Positions 16,828 through 26,162 of a stretch of 33,713 nt of DNA are shown piece after piece; the stretch's first letter is position 1, and the number at the start of each line of letters is the position of its first letter. The notes under the pieces are model-generated. The model saw only the letters and a program-made list of their open reading frames with translations, was not told the DNA's origin and did no database searches. Both the position numbers and the translations under genes were made by a program. The stretch lies in sequence record SRR31156797_3865. The stretch is one strand, 5' to 3'.

Positions 16828-19800
16828 TCAGAAGCGTACACCAACTAAAAGCATATCATCAATTTGTTCGAAATTCTCCATCCATTTTTCAATGGTTTCC
16901 TCCATTATTAATTGTTGGTTTGGCATATTTTCATTTTGAATTGAAAGCAACTTCTCTCGCATTCTTTTACTGGTAAATTTACGTTCTCGTGGACCTCCAA
17001 ATTGGTCAGCATAGCCATCAGAGAAAATGTAAATGATATCTTTTTGTTGTATTTCTATTTCTTGATTAAAAAATTCCTGATGGGCTATTAATTTTGTTCC
17101 CCCAATTGATCTGCGTGAGGCTTTATATTTAGTTAATTCTCCATCTCTCACAAGGTAGAGTGGATTATATGCTCCGGAAAAAGTAAGTTTATTACTATTT
17201 TCATCCAAGGCGCATAATGCAATGTCCATTCCATCAAAGGTGTCCGATTTTCTACCTTTTTGATGCAAGTTTTCCCTCACTTGATCATCTAATAATGTTA
17301 AAATCTGAGCTGGATCAGTAATCCCTTTTTCTGATACAATTTGATTAAGTAGGTTATTTCCAATAATTGACATAAACGCTCCTGGTACACCATGTCCGGT
17401 GCAATCAGCAGCAGCAAAAATACGTCGTTTACCTTTTTTGATATACCAAAAAAAGTCTCCACTTACGATATCTTTGGGTTTAAATAGGACAAAAATATTA
17501 CGGAATTCATCTGAGAATTCATTTATATTGGGGAAGATGATTGCTTGTTGTATACGTTGTGCATATTGGATACTAGAAGTTATATCCATGTTTTTTTTCT
17601 GCAACTCTGCTGTTCTGGCTGCTACAATATTTTCAAGTACTTCTTTTTCCTTTTTAAGCTTTGCTGTTCTCCATCTTATATAAAATAATGTAATTAATAT
17701 CGGAATTATAATATATAGTATGTATGCAAGTGTTGTTCTCCACCAGGGAGGTGTCACTGTTATGCGTATAGATACTTCATTAGTCTTTGGGTCACCCCAG
17801 ATTCCTTCTGCATTAGTTGATTGCACCCGAAATACATATTCACCATCTTTAAGGTCAGGGAAAGATGCAAATGTGCGTGTACTCGGACTACTCCAATTAT
17901 CACTCTGTCCTTCCATTTTATAACGGTACAAAATATTGCCATTATGGGCATAATCTAATCCTACAAATTCAAATGCTACAAAGTTACTGTTATATGGAAT
18001 ATTCAATACTGTTTTACTGGATGGGATGGTATCGCTCTCTAATTCTTGATCCATTACCTTTATAGATGTAATAGCAGTTGGTGGATTGAAAGTCCTTGCT
18101 TTTATTTCGTCCGGATTAAATACATAAAAACCTTCTGTACCACCAAAATAAATTAGGTTGCTAATCTTATCGTGAAAGCCAGCTCCCTGACTAAACTCAA
18201 GACTAAGTAATCCTTCATTTTTTTGAAAGCTTTTAATATTTCTGACATTAGATGTCGAATCCAGATCAACTTTAGCAATTCCTCCATTAGTACTGATCCA
18301 TAAGCTATTTTTATTAGATGTAATAGCCCATAAATTATTATTAGGCAGTCCATCTTTAATATTGAAATTTTTGAAACTTTCTTTTTTTGTATCAAATCTT
18401 GAAAGTCCACCTTCAGTTGCTAACCAGAAATAGCCATTTTTATCTTCGAAAATATATTTAACTGAATTATCTGCTATAGAAGTAGGATCATTTTTATCAT
18501 GAGTAAAGCTTTTAGCTTTCATTGTTTTTAAATCCAAAATGGCAAAACCCCCATTTCTTGTAGCCAGATACAGTGTATCTTTATGATTGCTATAAATGAA
18601 AAATACGGTGTGATCAATTAATCCGTCAATACTATCATAATATAAATATTTATCGGTATTGATTTGATAATGATTCAATCTTTTAAAAGATCCAAACCAT
18701 AAGCTGTTTTTATTTTCAAGATAAAGGCATGTTACTGTACTGACATCAATATTCTTTTCTTTATAACTCGTAACGGCGCCGGTTTCCGGATTAAAATTTT
18801 GAAGACCATCGCCCCATGTTCCCAGCCAAACACTATTATAAGCTGCTGTTTTAATGGCTGTTATTTTTGGACTTATTTCTGGATGGTATCTATTATAGTT
18901 ATAAAAAGTTTCAGTTACAGGATTGAAATTATCCAGTCCACCACCTTCACTTACAGTTCCAATAAGAATTTCATTTACATCATATTTATCAAAACTAAAA
19001 ACAATCTTACTGCTTAAAGAGTTTTGATTGCTTTCTACTCCATAGTGTCTGAATATCTGTGTTTTATTATGAATTACGTTAACCCCATTTTCTTTGTTGG
19101 CAAACCATAAGCTTCCTGATTTATCTTCATAAATGTCAACTAACCAATTGGAACGTAAAGTAAAATCATCATCACTGTTTGCCTGATAAAGGTCCCATCG
19201 GTTATTCGAATATTTAAGCAACCCTTGATTAGTAGCAACCCACACTATTCCATCTCTATCTCTTAAAATGTCACGAACTCTTAAAGCATCGTTTCTATTT
19301 GGGAATAGATTTTTGGGAATGAGATTGATTATGTTGTTTGAAGTAATATTCCAAAAATGTAATCCATCCTCGGTTGCTAGCCAATAATTTTCTTCATCTA
19401 TTTGCAGAAATGTGTTGATGTGAGATATATATTTTTTCTTTTCAGTATTTGCAATTCTAATTTCAGACTTTTTCTTGCTATGATTGTAACTGAATAAGCC
19501 ATCTTCATGAGTTCCTATAAAAACTGTTTCGTTAAAGCAACGAATACCTCTAATATGGACTGGATTACCCGGCAAACTAATAGGCTTAACTATTAATGTG
19601 TTTGTATTCATATAGTGTAAACCCCCATTTTGGGTACCTATATATAGAATTGAATCTGAACAAAAATGTAAATTTAATATTTGATTATCATTCAGCTTAA
19701 TATCTTTATCGTTATTCAGGTAGCTTTTGAATTGTCCTGTAATTATGTTATATGAATTAAGTCCGGAATTTGTCGCAATCCAGATTCTTTTATTGCTATC

Positions 19801-20067
19801 CTCAAGGATGTCATATATTTTATTACTTGAAATAGAGTTAGGATTGTCAGATTGATTACGGAAAATTTCAAAATTGTAGCCGTCAAATCGATTTAAACCA
19901 TCTTCAGTTGCCAGCCAAATAAAACCTTTGCTATCCTGAAATACTTTCTGGACTTTACCCACAGAAATACCTTCTGCAGTGCCATAGCCAAAAAACCTTA
20001 AATCCTTTTTTTCGGCACTGACTGTAAGAAAAGAAAGAATGAATAATATCGTAAAAATGTTCCGCAT
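16828..20067 (-). CDS. Membrane sensor phosphatase: periplasmic two-component-regulator propeller repeats, Y_Y_Y domain, TM and cytoplasmic SpoIIE/PP2C domain
   Basis: Repeated D..G.IW.AT..GL; YRYKMEG..W...GEYVFRV; PPWWRT TM; KDIVSGDFFW, ADCTGHGVPGAFMS, DGMDIA, SDGYADQFGG and QIDDMLLVG. Confidence 0.92.
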   Translation of the reverse strand: MRNIFTILFILSFLTVSAEKKDLRFFGYGTAEGISVGKVQKVFQDSKGFIWLATEDGLNRFDGYNFEIFRNQSDNPNSISSNKIYDILEDSNKRIWIATNSGLNSYNIITGQFKSYLNNDKDIKLNDNQILNLHFCSDSILYIGTQNGGLHYMNTNTLIVKPISLPGNPVHIRGIRCFNETVFIGTHEDGLFSYNHSKKKSEIRIANTEKKKYISHINTFLQIDEENYWLATEDGLHFWNITSNNIINLIPKNLFPNRNDALRVRDILRDRDGIVWVATNQGLLKYSNNRWDLYQANSDDDFTLRSNWLVDIYEDKSGSLWFANKENGVNVIHNKTQIFRHYGVESNQNSLSSKIVFSFDKYDVNEILIGTVSEGGGLDNFNPVTETFYNYNRYHPEISPKITAIKTAAYNSVWLGTWGDGLQNFNPETGAVTSYKEKNIDVSTVTCLYLENKNSLWFGSFKRLNHYQINTDKYLYYDSIDGLIDHTVFFIYSNHKDTLYLATRNGGFAILDLKTMKAKSFTHDKNDPTSIADNSVKYIFEDKNGYFWLATEGGLSRFDTKKESFKNFNIKDGLPNNNLWAITSNKNSLWISTNGGIAKVDLDSTSNVRNIKSFQKNEGLLSLEFSQGAGFHDKISNLIYFGGTEGFYVFNPDEIKARTFNPPTAITSIKVMDQELESDTIPSSKTVLNIPYNSNFVAFEFVGLDYAHNGNILYRYKMEGQSDNWSSPSTRTFASFPDLKDGEYVFRVQSTNAEGIWGDPKTNEVSIRITVTPPWWRTTLAYILYIIIPILITLFYIRWRTAKLKKEKEVLENIVAARTAELQKKNMDITSSIQYAQRIQQAIIFPNINEFSDEFRNIFVLFKPKDIVSGDFFWYIKKGKRRIFAAADCTGHGVPGAFMSIIGNNLLNQIVSEKGITDPAQILTLLDDQVRENLHQKGRKSDTFDGMDIALCALDENSNKLTFSGAYNPLYLVRDGELTKYKASRRSIGGTKLIAHQEFFNQEIEIQQKDIIYIFSDGYADQFGGPRERKFTSKRMREKLLSIQNENMPNQQLIMEETIEKWMENFEQIDDMLLVGVRF

Positions 20068-20148
20068 ACAATAATTTGTGCTTGACTAAGATAAAAATTT
20101 TTATGCAGATAACTTTTTATTCACAATTGTTTTTGCAACAAGAAATTG

Positions 20149-20781
20149 CTATTTAATGGAATTTTTTAGATAAAAATAGCTTAAGGGACCTTCATTAAAT
20201 ATTAAATCCAATATGCTGAGATTGGCAATAAATCCATATTTTTCTTCAAATAGCTGATGGTATTGAACAGCTTTAAAAGCTTTATCCTCCTTACGAAACT
20301 GGGGTTTGGGATGCACTATGTCTCTATTATCCAATTGGTAGTTATGTGCATATTCATTTGTAAGTTCAACAACAGTATCTATTTCTATTATTTCTAATGT
20401 TTTTAGAAGTACTTGAATATTTAGGTCAATGAGTTTTTCATATTTATTTTCGAAAAAAAGGATAAAATCATCGATGTAAAATTCATAAAATGGACTATTC
20501 TTATAAGCCATCTTAATGCTTCTTAGAACATTAACTTGCCAGTCGCTTGAGTAATTTATAAGAATATCTTTCATCTTGGTTTTTGACCCAAATGGTTTCT
20601 CAACAGGGATGCTTAAGTTTTGTAAACCATTTGGCCCGGCAATCTGAAGCCTGTTTCTGAAAGTTTGTTTGCTGTATGTATCGTGTTGTTCAATCAGTAT
20701 TGAATCGTACTCTCTTATGTGAGCAATTTGCTGAATAGGTGGGAAAAAAGTGGATTGGAATACTGGTATAATATTGCTCAT
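20149..20781 (-). CDS. WbqC-family protein
   Basis: FFPPI, YSKQTFRNR..I.GPNG..LSIPV, AYKNSPFYEFY and NLSILDLIFNEGP. Confidence 0.9.
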   Translation of the reverse strand: MSNIIPVFQSTFFPPIQQIAHIREYDSILIEQHDTYSKQTFRNRLQIAGPNGLQNLSIPVEKPFGSKTKMKDILINYSSDWQVNVLRSIKMAYKNSPFYEFYIDDFILFFENKYEKLIDLNIQVLLKTLEIIEIDTVVELTNEYAHNYQLDNRDIVHPKPQFRKEDKAFKAVQYHQLFEEKYGFIANLSILDLIFNEGPLSYFYLKNSIK

Positions 20782-20793
20782 TCTCAGTTAGTT

Positions 20794-21564
20794 TTAAAAT
20801 CTAAAAACATTCCCACTTCTAACAAATCTAACCGGTAAATCCTGGCGCATATCTGCAATTACTTCAGGCGCTGTGCAATGTGAAGGGTATAAATGTTTTA
20901 TGTTTAATGATTTGAAATATTCAATTGTAGGCTGAATACGTTCATCGCCAGGTTTTAAATGAAAACCTCCCATTACTGCAACCACAGGTTTTTCAGGAAA
21001 TAATCTTCTGGCTTGCTCTGTAATATTTGTAATGCCACTGTGTGCACATCCGCTTATTACTACTAGTCCTTGATTTGTTAATGCAACTATTCCAGTGTCA
21101 TCAGGGACTGTATCATGTTCTCCATTTTCTAATTTAAAGTCTTCATGTCCAGTGTCCCAATCGTGCATGCGATCAATTTCACCAAGGAAATATATTGATT
21201 CACTTAATTGAAGCGGTTCTTTGCTGTAATTAACTTCATATTTCTTTTCAATTTCTTGCTTAGAAAGGTCAATTCCTATTCCATGTGATCTATTAAAACG
21301 CTTTCGGTATATGTCAGGATGCGCTATAAGTTTGCCTCCATTTAAGAAATTTAATCCATTAGCATGATCCCAATGTCCATGGCTAAGTACTATTAGGTCA
21401 ATATCATCCATGGGCATGCCTAATGTTTGTGCATTTTTCAGGAAAATATCAGATGGTCCTGTGTCGAATAGAATCTTTTTATCAACTTCAATCATCCATG
21501 ATAAACCATGAGCTGCACTGCAAATACCACTGGCCATATTGTCGTTTAGGACTGTAATTTTCAT
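20794..21564 (-). CDS. Metallo-beta-lactamase-fold hydrolase; probable start ATG 21564
   Basis: MKITVLNDN, HGLS, ILFDTG, LSHGHWDHANG, GCAHSG, GGFH and HCT. Confidence 0.9.
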   Translation of the reverse strand: MKITVLNDNMASGICSAAHGLSWMIEVDKKILFDTGPSDIFLKNAQTLGMPMDDIDLIVLSHGHWDHANGLNFLNGGKLIAHPDIYRKRFNRSHGIGIDLSKQEIEKKYEVNYSKEPLQLSESIYFLGEIDRMHDWDTGHEDFKLENGEHDTVPDDTGIVALTNQGLVVISGCAHSGITNITEQARRLFPEKPVVAVMGGFHLKPGDERIQPTIEYFKSLNIKHLYPSHCTAPEVIADMRQDLPVRFVRSGNVFRF

Positions 21565-21568
21565 AATG

Positions 21569-21601
21569 CAAAAGTACAAAATAGAAATTCCAAATGACAA
21601 A
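21569..21601 (-). promoter_or_regulatory. Bacteroidota promoter: -7 TACTTTTG (21576-21569) and -33 TTTG (21601-21598)
   Basis: Exact -7 match only 4 nt before the ATG; a TTTG lies 21 nt upstream, within the heptamer repeat. Confidence 0.65.
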
Positions 21602-21626
21602 TTCCAAATGACAAAATCCAAATCAA
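21585..21626. repeat. Heptamer tandem repeat AAATTCC/AAATGAC x6
   Basis: aaattcc aaatgac aaattcc aaatgac aaaatcc aaatcaa. Confidence 0.85.
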
Positions 21627-21684
21627 TATGCTTAAACGCTTATATATCCCAATGTCTGATTACGTTGCTAGCTTTCAATCCTAC

Positions 21685-21803
21685 AAACTAATAAACCTAG
21701 TAACCCAATCAACTTAATAACTTAATTAACTAATTAACTCAATAAACTTAATCAACCCAATCAACTCAATAACTAAATAATTAGATCAAACCAATCACTC
21801 ATT
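21685..21803. repeat. Degenerate 8-9 bp tandem repeat AAC(T/C)(T/C)AAT(C), nearly G-free on the plus strand
   Basis: aacccaatc aacttaat aacttaatt aactaatt aactcaat aaacttaatc aacccaatc aactcaat aactaaat ... Confidence 0.8.
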
Positions 21804-21845
21804 AATTTTTACTATTTTAGAGATTCCAATTTTAAATATCCAGCC

Positions 21846-23204
21846 ATGAAGATTAATGTGAAAAATATTAACGTCAAGGAGCTGACTAAGAAATCAGTTG
21901 GTTTTATAAAAGAAGATGTTTGGCGTATTTCGCTGAAAGATAAACCGAAGTATTTTAAATGGCTAATCATGCCTTTGCGAGTTTTACTAATTGCTTTTCG
22001 TGGCTTTAAAGAGGACAAGGTTTCTTTACGAGCTTCGGCATTGACTTTTTATTCAATGCTTTCTGTTGTTCCTGTTGTAGCTATGGGTTTTGGAATAGCT
22101 AAAGGTTTTGGTTTCGAGAAAATGCTTGAAAAACAGTTAGCCGAAAATTTTGCTGATCAGCAGGAGGTATTTAATTATATTCTGACTTTTGCAAATAGCT
22201 TTCTTGAGAATACCAAGGGTGGGGTAATTGCGGGAATTGGTATTGCCGTATTGTTTTGGACTGTAATGAAAGTTTTTGGTAATATCGAGAGTTCTTTTAA
22301 TGCCATTTGGCAAGTGTATAAACCAAGGGTTTGGTTTCGCAAGTTCAGCGATTACCTCACAATGATGCTGATTGCACCTCTTCTAATTATACTTTCAACA
22401 AGTGCTAACGTTTTTATTACCACTCAGATATCTAATATTACATCGGAAGTGGCTTTGCTTGGTTATTTTAGCCCTATTATTTTCTTTTTAGTAAAGCTGA
22501 TTCCATATGTACTTTTCTGGTTTGTTTTGACCCTGATTTATATGGTAATGCCGAATACCAAAGTAAGCTTTAAGTCGGGATTTGCTGCAGGAGTGGTAGC
22601 AGGGACTATTTTTGTATTTACACAGTATTTGTATATCTATTTCCAGGTTGGTGTTTCGAAATACAATGCGATATATGGTAGTTTTGCTGCTTTACCATTG
22701 TTCCTAGTTTGGCTCCAAACAAGTTGGCTGATAGTTCTTTTCGGGGCAGAAATATCATTCTCGGTTCAAAATGTGGAAAAATATGAGTTCGATCCGGATA
22801 TTCAGAATTTAAGTCCTTTTAGTAAAAAAGTGTTAACTCTAATGATTGTTAATTTACTTGCTAAACGATTTACAAAAGGAGAGGAGCCGCTCACCGACAA
22901 GGATATTAGTCAGCAGCTTGAAATACCAATTAAATTGGTGCGTGATATTATTCATGTGCTGATTGAGGCCAATATTGTTTCAGAAATTAATACCAAAAAC
23001 AATAAAGAAAAAGCTTACCAACCAGCTCAGGATATAAATAATATGAGCATTAGTTTTATCTTGAAATCACTTGATCATTTAGGAGTAGATAAAATATTAG
23101 CTGTAGCTACAACAGAGAAAGAGCAAATTGAAAAAGTTCTAAATGGATTCGATGAGCAAATTCTTAAAGGAGAAGGCGGGAAGTTGGTGAAGGATATTGG
23201 CTGA
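21846..23204 (+). CDS. YihY/BrkB-family membrane protein with probable C-terminal winged-helix extension
   Basis: RASALTFYSMLSVVP, IESSFNAIW, PNTKV and YNAIYGSFAALPLFLVWLQ.SW.IVLFGAE; C-terminal DISQQLEIPIKLVRDII..L.EA.IV...YQPA. Confidence 0.9.
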   Translation: MKINVKNINVKELTKKSVGFIKEDVWRISLKDKPKYFKWLIMPLRVLLIAFRGFKEDKVSLRASALTFYSMLSVVPVVAMGFGIAKGFGFEKMLEKQLAENFADQQEVFNYILTFANSFLENTKGGVIAGIGIAVLFWTVMKVFGNIESSFNAIWQVYKPRVWFRKFSDYLTMMLIAPLLIILSTSANVFITTQISNITSEVALLGYFSPIIFFLVKLIPYVLFWFVLTLIYMVMPNTKVSFKSGFAAGVVAGTIFVFTQYLYIYFQVGVSKYNAIYGSFAALPLFLVWLQTSWLIVLFGAEISFSVQNVEKYEFDPDIQNLSPFSKKVLTLMIVNLLAKRFTKGEEPLTDKDISQQLEIPIKLVRDIIHVLIEANIVSEINTKNNKEKAYQPAQDINNMSISFILKSLDHLGVDKILAVATTEKEQIEKVLNGFDEQILKGEGGKLVKDIG

Positions 23205-23209
23205 ATTAC

Positions 23210-23267
23210 AAGAAGACAGAAGTCAGAAGACAGAATTATATATCTGATTTCTGACTTCTGTCTTCTT
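23210..23267. terminator. 25-bp inverted repeat built from AGAAGAC/AGAAGTC heptamers between convergent genes; probable bidirectional terminator
   Basis: AAGAAGACAGAAGTCAGAAGACAGA (23210-23234) versus TCTGATTTCTGACTTCTGTCTTCTT (23243-23267), 2 mismatches, followed by a T-run. Confidence 0.75.
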
Positions 23268-23275
23268 TTTAGGCT

Positions 23276-25363
23276 TTATTTCAACCACTTATCTAACCAA
23301 TCTTTAAACTCGCGCTGCCATAAAATACCATTTTGGGGTTTCAATACCCAGTGTGTTTCCGATGGGAAGAATAACAATTTACTTGGAACGCCTAGCAATT
23401 GAGCTGAGTTAAACGCAGCTAAACCTTGCGTATAAGGAATACGATAGTCATGCTCACCATGAATAATCATTATTGGTGTATCCCAATTTTTTACAAAGTT
23501 GTGAGGCGATCCTGCGTATGATTTCATGGCTACTTTGTTGTCTTTCTCCCATGGTGCGCCGCCTTTTTCCCAGTTATCAAAAAACATCTCTTCGGTAGTC
23601 ATATATTCCATTTCTGAATTGAAAACACCGCAATGAGAAATAAATGCTTTGAAACGTCCATTGTGATTTCCGGCTAACCAGTTTACAGAAAAACCTCCGA
23701 AACTTGCACCAATTGCTCCCAGTTTATCTTCATTGATGAATGGTTCTTCTTTCATAACATCAATGGCGCGAAGAAGATCTTTCATAGCTTGCCCCGTATT
23801 GTCTTTGCTAATTTGGTCTGTCCATTCCTGACCCATAGTTAATGTACCTCTACGGTTAGGTGCTACAATAATGTATCCGTTTGAAGCCATTTGGCTAAAG
23901 TTCCAACGGTAGCTCCAGAATTGACTTAAAGGTGATTGTGGCCCACCTTCGCAATACAGAATAGTAGGATATTTCTTATTCTTTTCAAAGTTAGGTGGGT
24001 AAATAACCCATGTAAGCATATCCTTGTTGTCAGTTGTTTTGATCCAGCGTTTTTCCACTGTTGGCATCGTTAACTGATCCAATAAATGTTTATTTTCAAG
24101 TGAAATATCAGTGGCCTCACCTGTTTCTGGATTTACCGAGTATATTTCCTGAGGTTTAGTCATGTCTACACGAGTAGCTATTAGTTTATCACTGGCAATA
24201 TCTACTGAATGATAATCATGCATGCCTTCTGTAATAGCTGTAAACTCTTGCGTTTCGATATTCATTTTGTAAATTTGGAATGTTCCAAATACTCCGGCTA
24301 CAAAGTATAACTGTTTGCCTTCATCAATCCATTTGAAGCTAAACGGACTATGATCGAACTTTTCTGTTAAGTACTTTTTCTCTCCGGATTGCATATCTAA
24401 TTGGAAAAGTCGGTCTTTATCAGCTTCAAACCCGGCTCTCTCCATGCTAAGCCAATACATCTTTGATCCATCAGGTGAGAAAAATGGAGCCTTATCATAA
24501 CCTGGCATACCTTCTGTTAAGTTTTTAGTTTCTCCGCTTGAAATTGTGTACAAGTAAACATCTGAATTTGTGCTCAATGTATAAGCTTTGCCTTTTAGTT
24601 TCTTACATGTGTAGGCAATGGCTTTTCCATCAGGTGTCCAGCCAATATCATCAAGTCCTCCAAATGGCTTAAGAGGAGAGTCGTAAGGTTCACCTGGCAT
24701 AATGTCTTTTTCGTTTGTAATTTTTTTACCGTCAAAATCGGCTACAAAGATGTGGCTATATTTTCCATCTTCCCACGTGTCCCAATGTCTGTACATTAAG
24801 TCGGTAATGATACGACCGTCAGCTTTGTCCAAATCCGGATAAACGTCTTTGGTTACTTTATCTATTTTCACCTCTTTTGTGAAAAGTACTTTATCACCTT
24901 TAGGAGAAAACTTTAATTCGGAGAATCCATCCTTGATATCAGAAATTTTCGTTTTCCCAGTTCCATCGCTGTTAATCATCCAGGCTTGTACTGAGCCAGA
25001 TTCCGATGACAGGTAAACAATTTGTTTCCCGTTGGGGTGCCATACTGCATTGTACTCACTTTTAGGTGTTTGAGTGAGTTGTACTTTTTCTGATCCATCA
25101 GCATTCATTACAAAAAGCTCTCTATTGCTTTTGTTTTCAGGAATACTATAATAGGATACACCATAAAGCACTTTTTTACCATCAGGAGATACTTGTACAT
25201 CTCCTAATCTTCCAAAAGACCATAGCACTTCCGGCGTCATTATGCCGGATTCTATTTTCATGTCTGATTTGCCAATTATTTTCTCAACTTTTTCAGTTGG
25301 GGTGGCATTATTGCACGCTATTAATGCAATTGTGATAATAATTAATAATATTACTTTGTTCAT
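23276..25363 (-). CDS. S9 family prolyl oligopeptidase / dipeptidyl-peptidase-5-like lipoprotein
   Basis: Lipobox LIAC; PD40-type SPDG repeats; GGPQS, nucleophile GASFGG, HGEHDYRI and ETHWVLKPQN. Confidence 0.93.
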   Translation of the reverse strand: MNKVILLIIITIALIACNNATPTEKVEKIIGKSDMKIESGIMTPEVLWSFGRLGDVQVSPDGKKVLYGVSYYSIPENKSNRELFVMNADGSEKVQLTQTPKSEYNAVWHPNGKQIVYLSSESGSVQAWMINSDGTGKTKISDIKDGFSELKFSPKGDKVLFTKEVKIDKVTKDVYPDLDKADGRIITDLMYRHWDTWEDGKYSHIFVADFDGKKITNEKDIMPGEPYDSPLKPFGGLDDIGWTPDGKAIAYTCKKLKGKAYTLSTNSDVYLYTISSGETKNLTEGMPGYDKAPFFSPDGSKMYWLSMERAGFEADKDRLFQLDMQSGEKKYLTEKFDHSPFSFKWIDEGKQLYFVAGVFGTFQIYKMNIETQEFTAITEGMHDYHSVDIASDKLIATRVDMTKPQEIYSVNPETGEATDISLENKHLLDQLTMPTVEKRWIKTTDNKDMLTWVIYPPNFEKNKKYPTILYCEGGPQSPLSQFWSYRWNFSQMASNGYIIVAPNRRGTLTMGQEWTDQISKDNTGQAMKDLLRAIDVMKEEPFINEDKLGAIGASFGGFSVNWLAGNHNGRFKAFISHCGVFNSEMEYMTTEEMFFDNWEKGGAPWEKDNKVAMKSYAGSPHNFVKNWDTPIMIIHGEHDYRIPYTQGLAAFNSAQLLGVPSKLLFFPSETHWVLKPQNGILWQREFKDWLDKWLK

Positions 25364-25599
25364 AGTTTTGATATTTTTCTTTTGAGATATAAAGTTACTG
25401 CTTATTGTTGCTTAAAGAATATTTTTTATCGATAATTTAGTTTAATAAGTGATTAACTTTTAATTAACCTAATTTAAAACCTTTTCAAATTAGCCTCTTT
25501 TTCTAAAAAACACCTTTGTCTCATTTTTTACTTCGCGGGCATTTTCTAAATTCACAAGTGAAATACTTGGTTTTTAGGTAACCTCTAAAATTACTAACT

Positions 25600-26121
25600 A
25601 TGCGTGTACAACGTCTTGCCCCAAAACCTGTGCAAAATGAAATCTCCGCGCAGGTCGATCTCAGTTTACTGGATCCCTTAATCGAAAAATACAAAGGTAA
25701 AAAAGGTAGTATGATTCCGCTGCTACAAGGTACTCAAGATATTTTCGGATATCTGCCACGTACTGCATTCGAAAAAATATCGGCAGAAGCTGGTTTGAAA
25801 TTGAGTGATATGTACGGTGTGGCTACTTTTTATGCCCAATTCAGATTAAAACCAGTGGGAAAACATATTGTAAAAGTTTGCCATGGTACAGCCTGCCATG
25901 TGCAAAATGCCAGTAAAATTACCGATGCTCTTGAAGACACTTTGGGTGTGAAAGACGGTGAAACAACTGAAGATATGTTGTTTACGCTTGAGTCTGTTGC
26001 TTGTTTGGGATGTTGCTCACTAGCTCCGGTTATGATGATTGGTGATGAAACATACGGAAACCTTGATGGTAAAGGTGCTTCAAAAATCGTAAAAGAAATC
26101 CGCCGTAGCGAACAGAACTAG
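25600..26121 (+). CDS. NuoE/HydC-like [2Fe-2S] subunit
   Basis: GVATFYAQF, VCHGTACHV and VACLGCCSLAPVM. Confidence 0.93.
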   Translation: MRVQRLAPKPVQNEISAQVDLSLLDPLIEKYKGKKGSMIPLLQGTQDIFGYLPRTAFEKISAEAGLKLSDMYGVATFYAQFRLKPVGKHIVKVCHGTACHVQNASKITDALEDTLGVKDGETTEDMLFTLESVACLGCCSLAPVMMIGDETYGNLDGKGASKIVKEIRRSEQN

Positions 26122-26162
26122 TTATATCCCAAAATTTTTGTTGAACAAATTCACATCATGAT

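Noticed and set aside
21565-21621. Extended N-termini in the ORF track (also starts at 2321, 4764, 6076, 9935 and 16781)
   Set aside because: Downstream ATGs give proper signal peptides or family N-termini, and two of the extensions overlap promoter boxes or repeats.
2-23267. CRISPR array interpretation of the repeat tracts
   Set aside because: Units are 7-9 bp with no unique spacers, and there are no cas genes.
26139-26156. Rex-like operator TGTTGAACAAATTCACAT
   Set aside because: Three mismatches to TTGTGAA-N4-TTCACAA, and it lies inside the operon rather than at its promoter.
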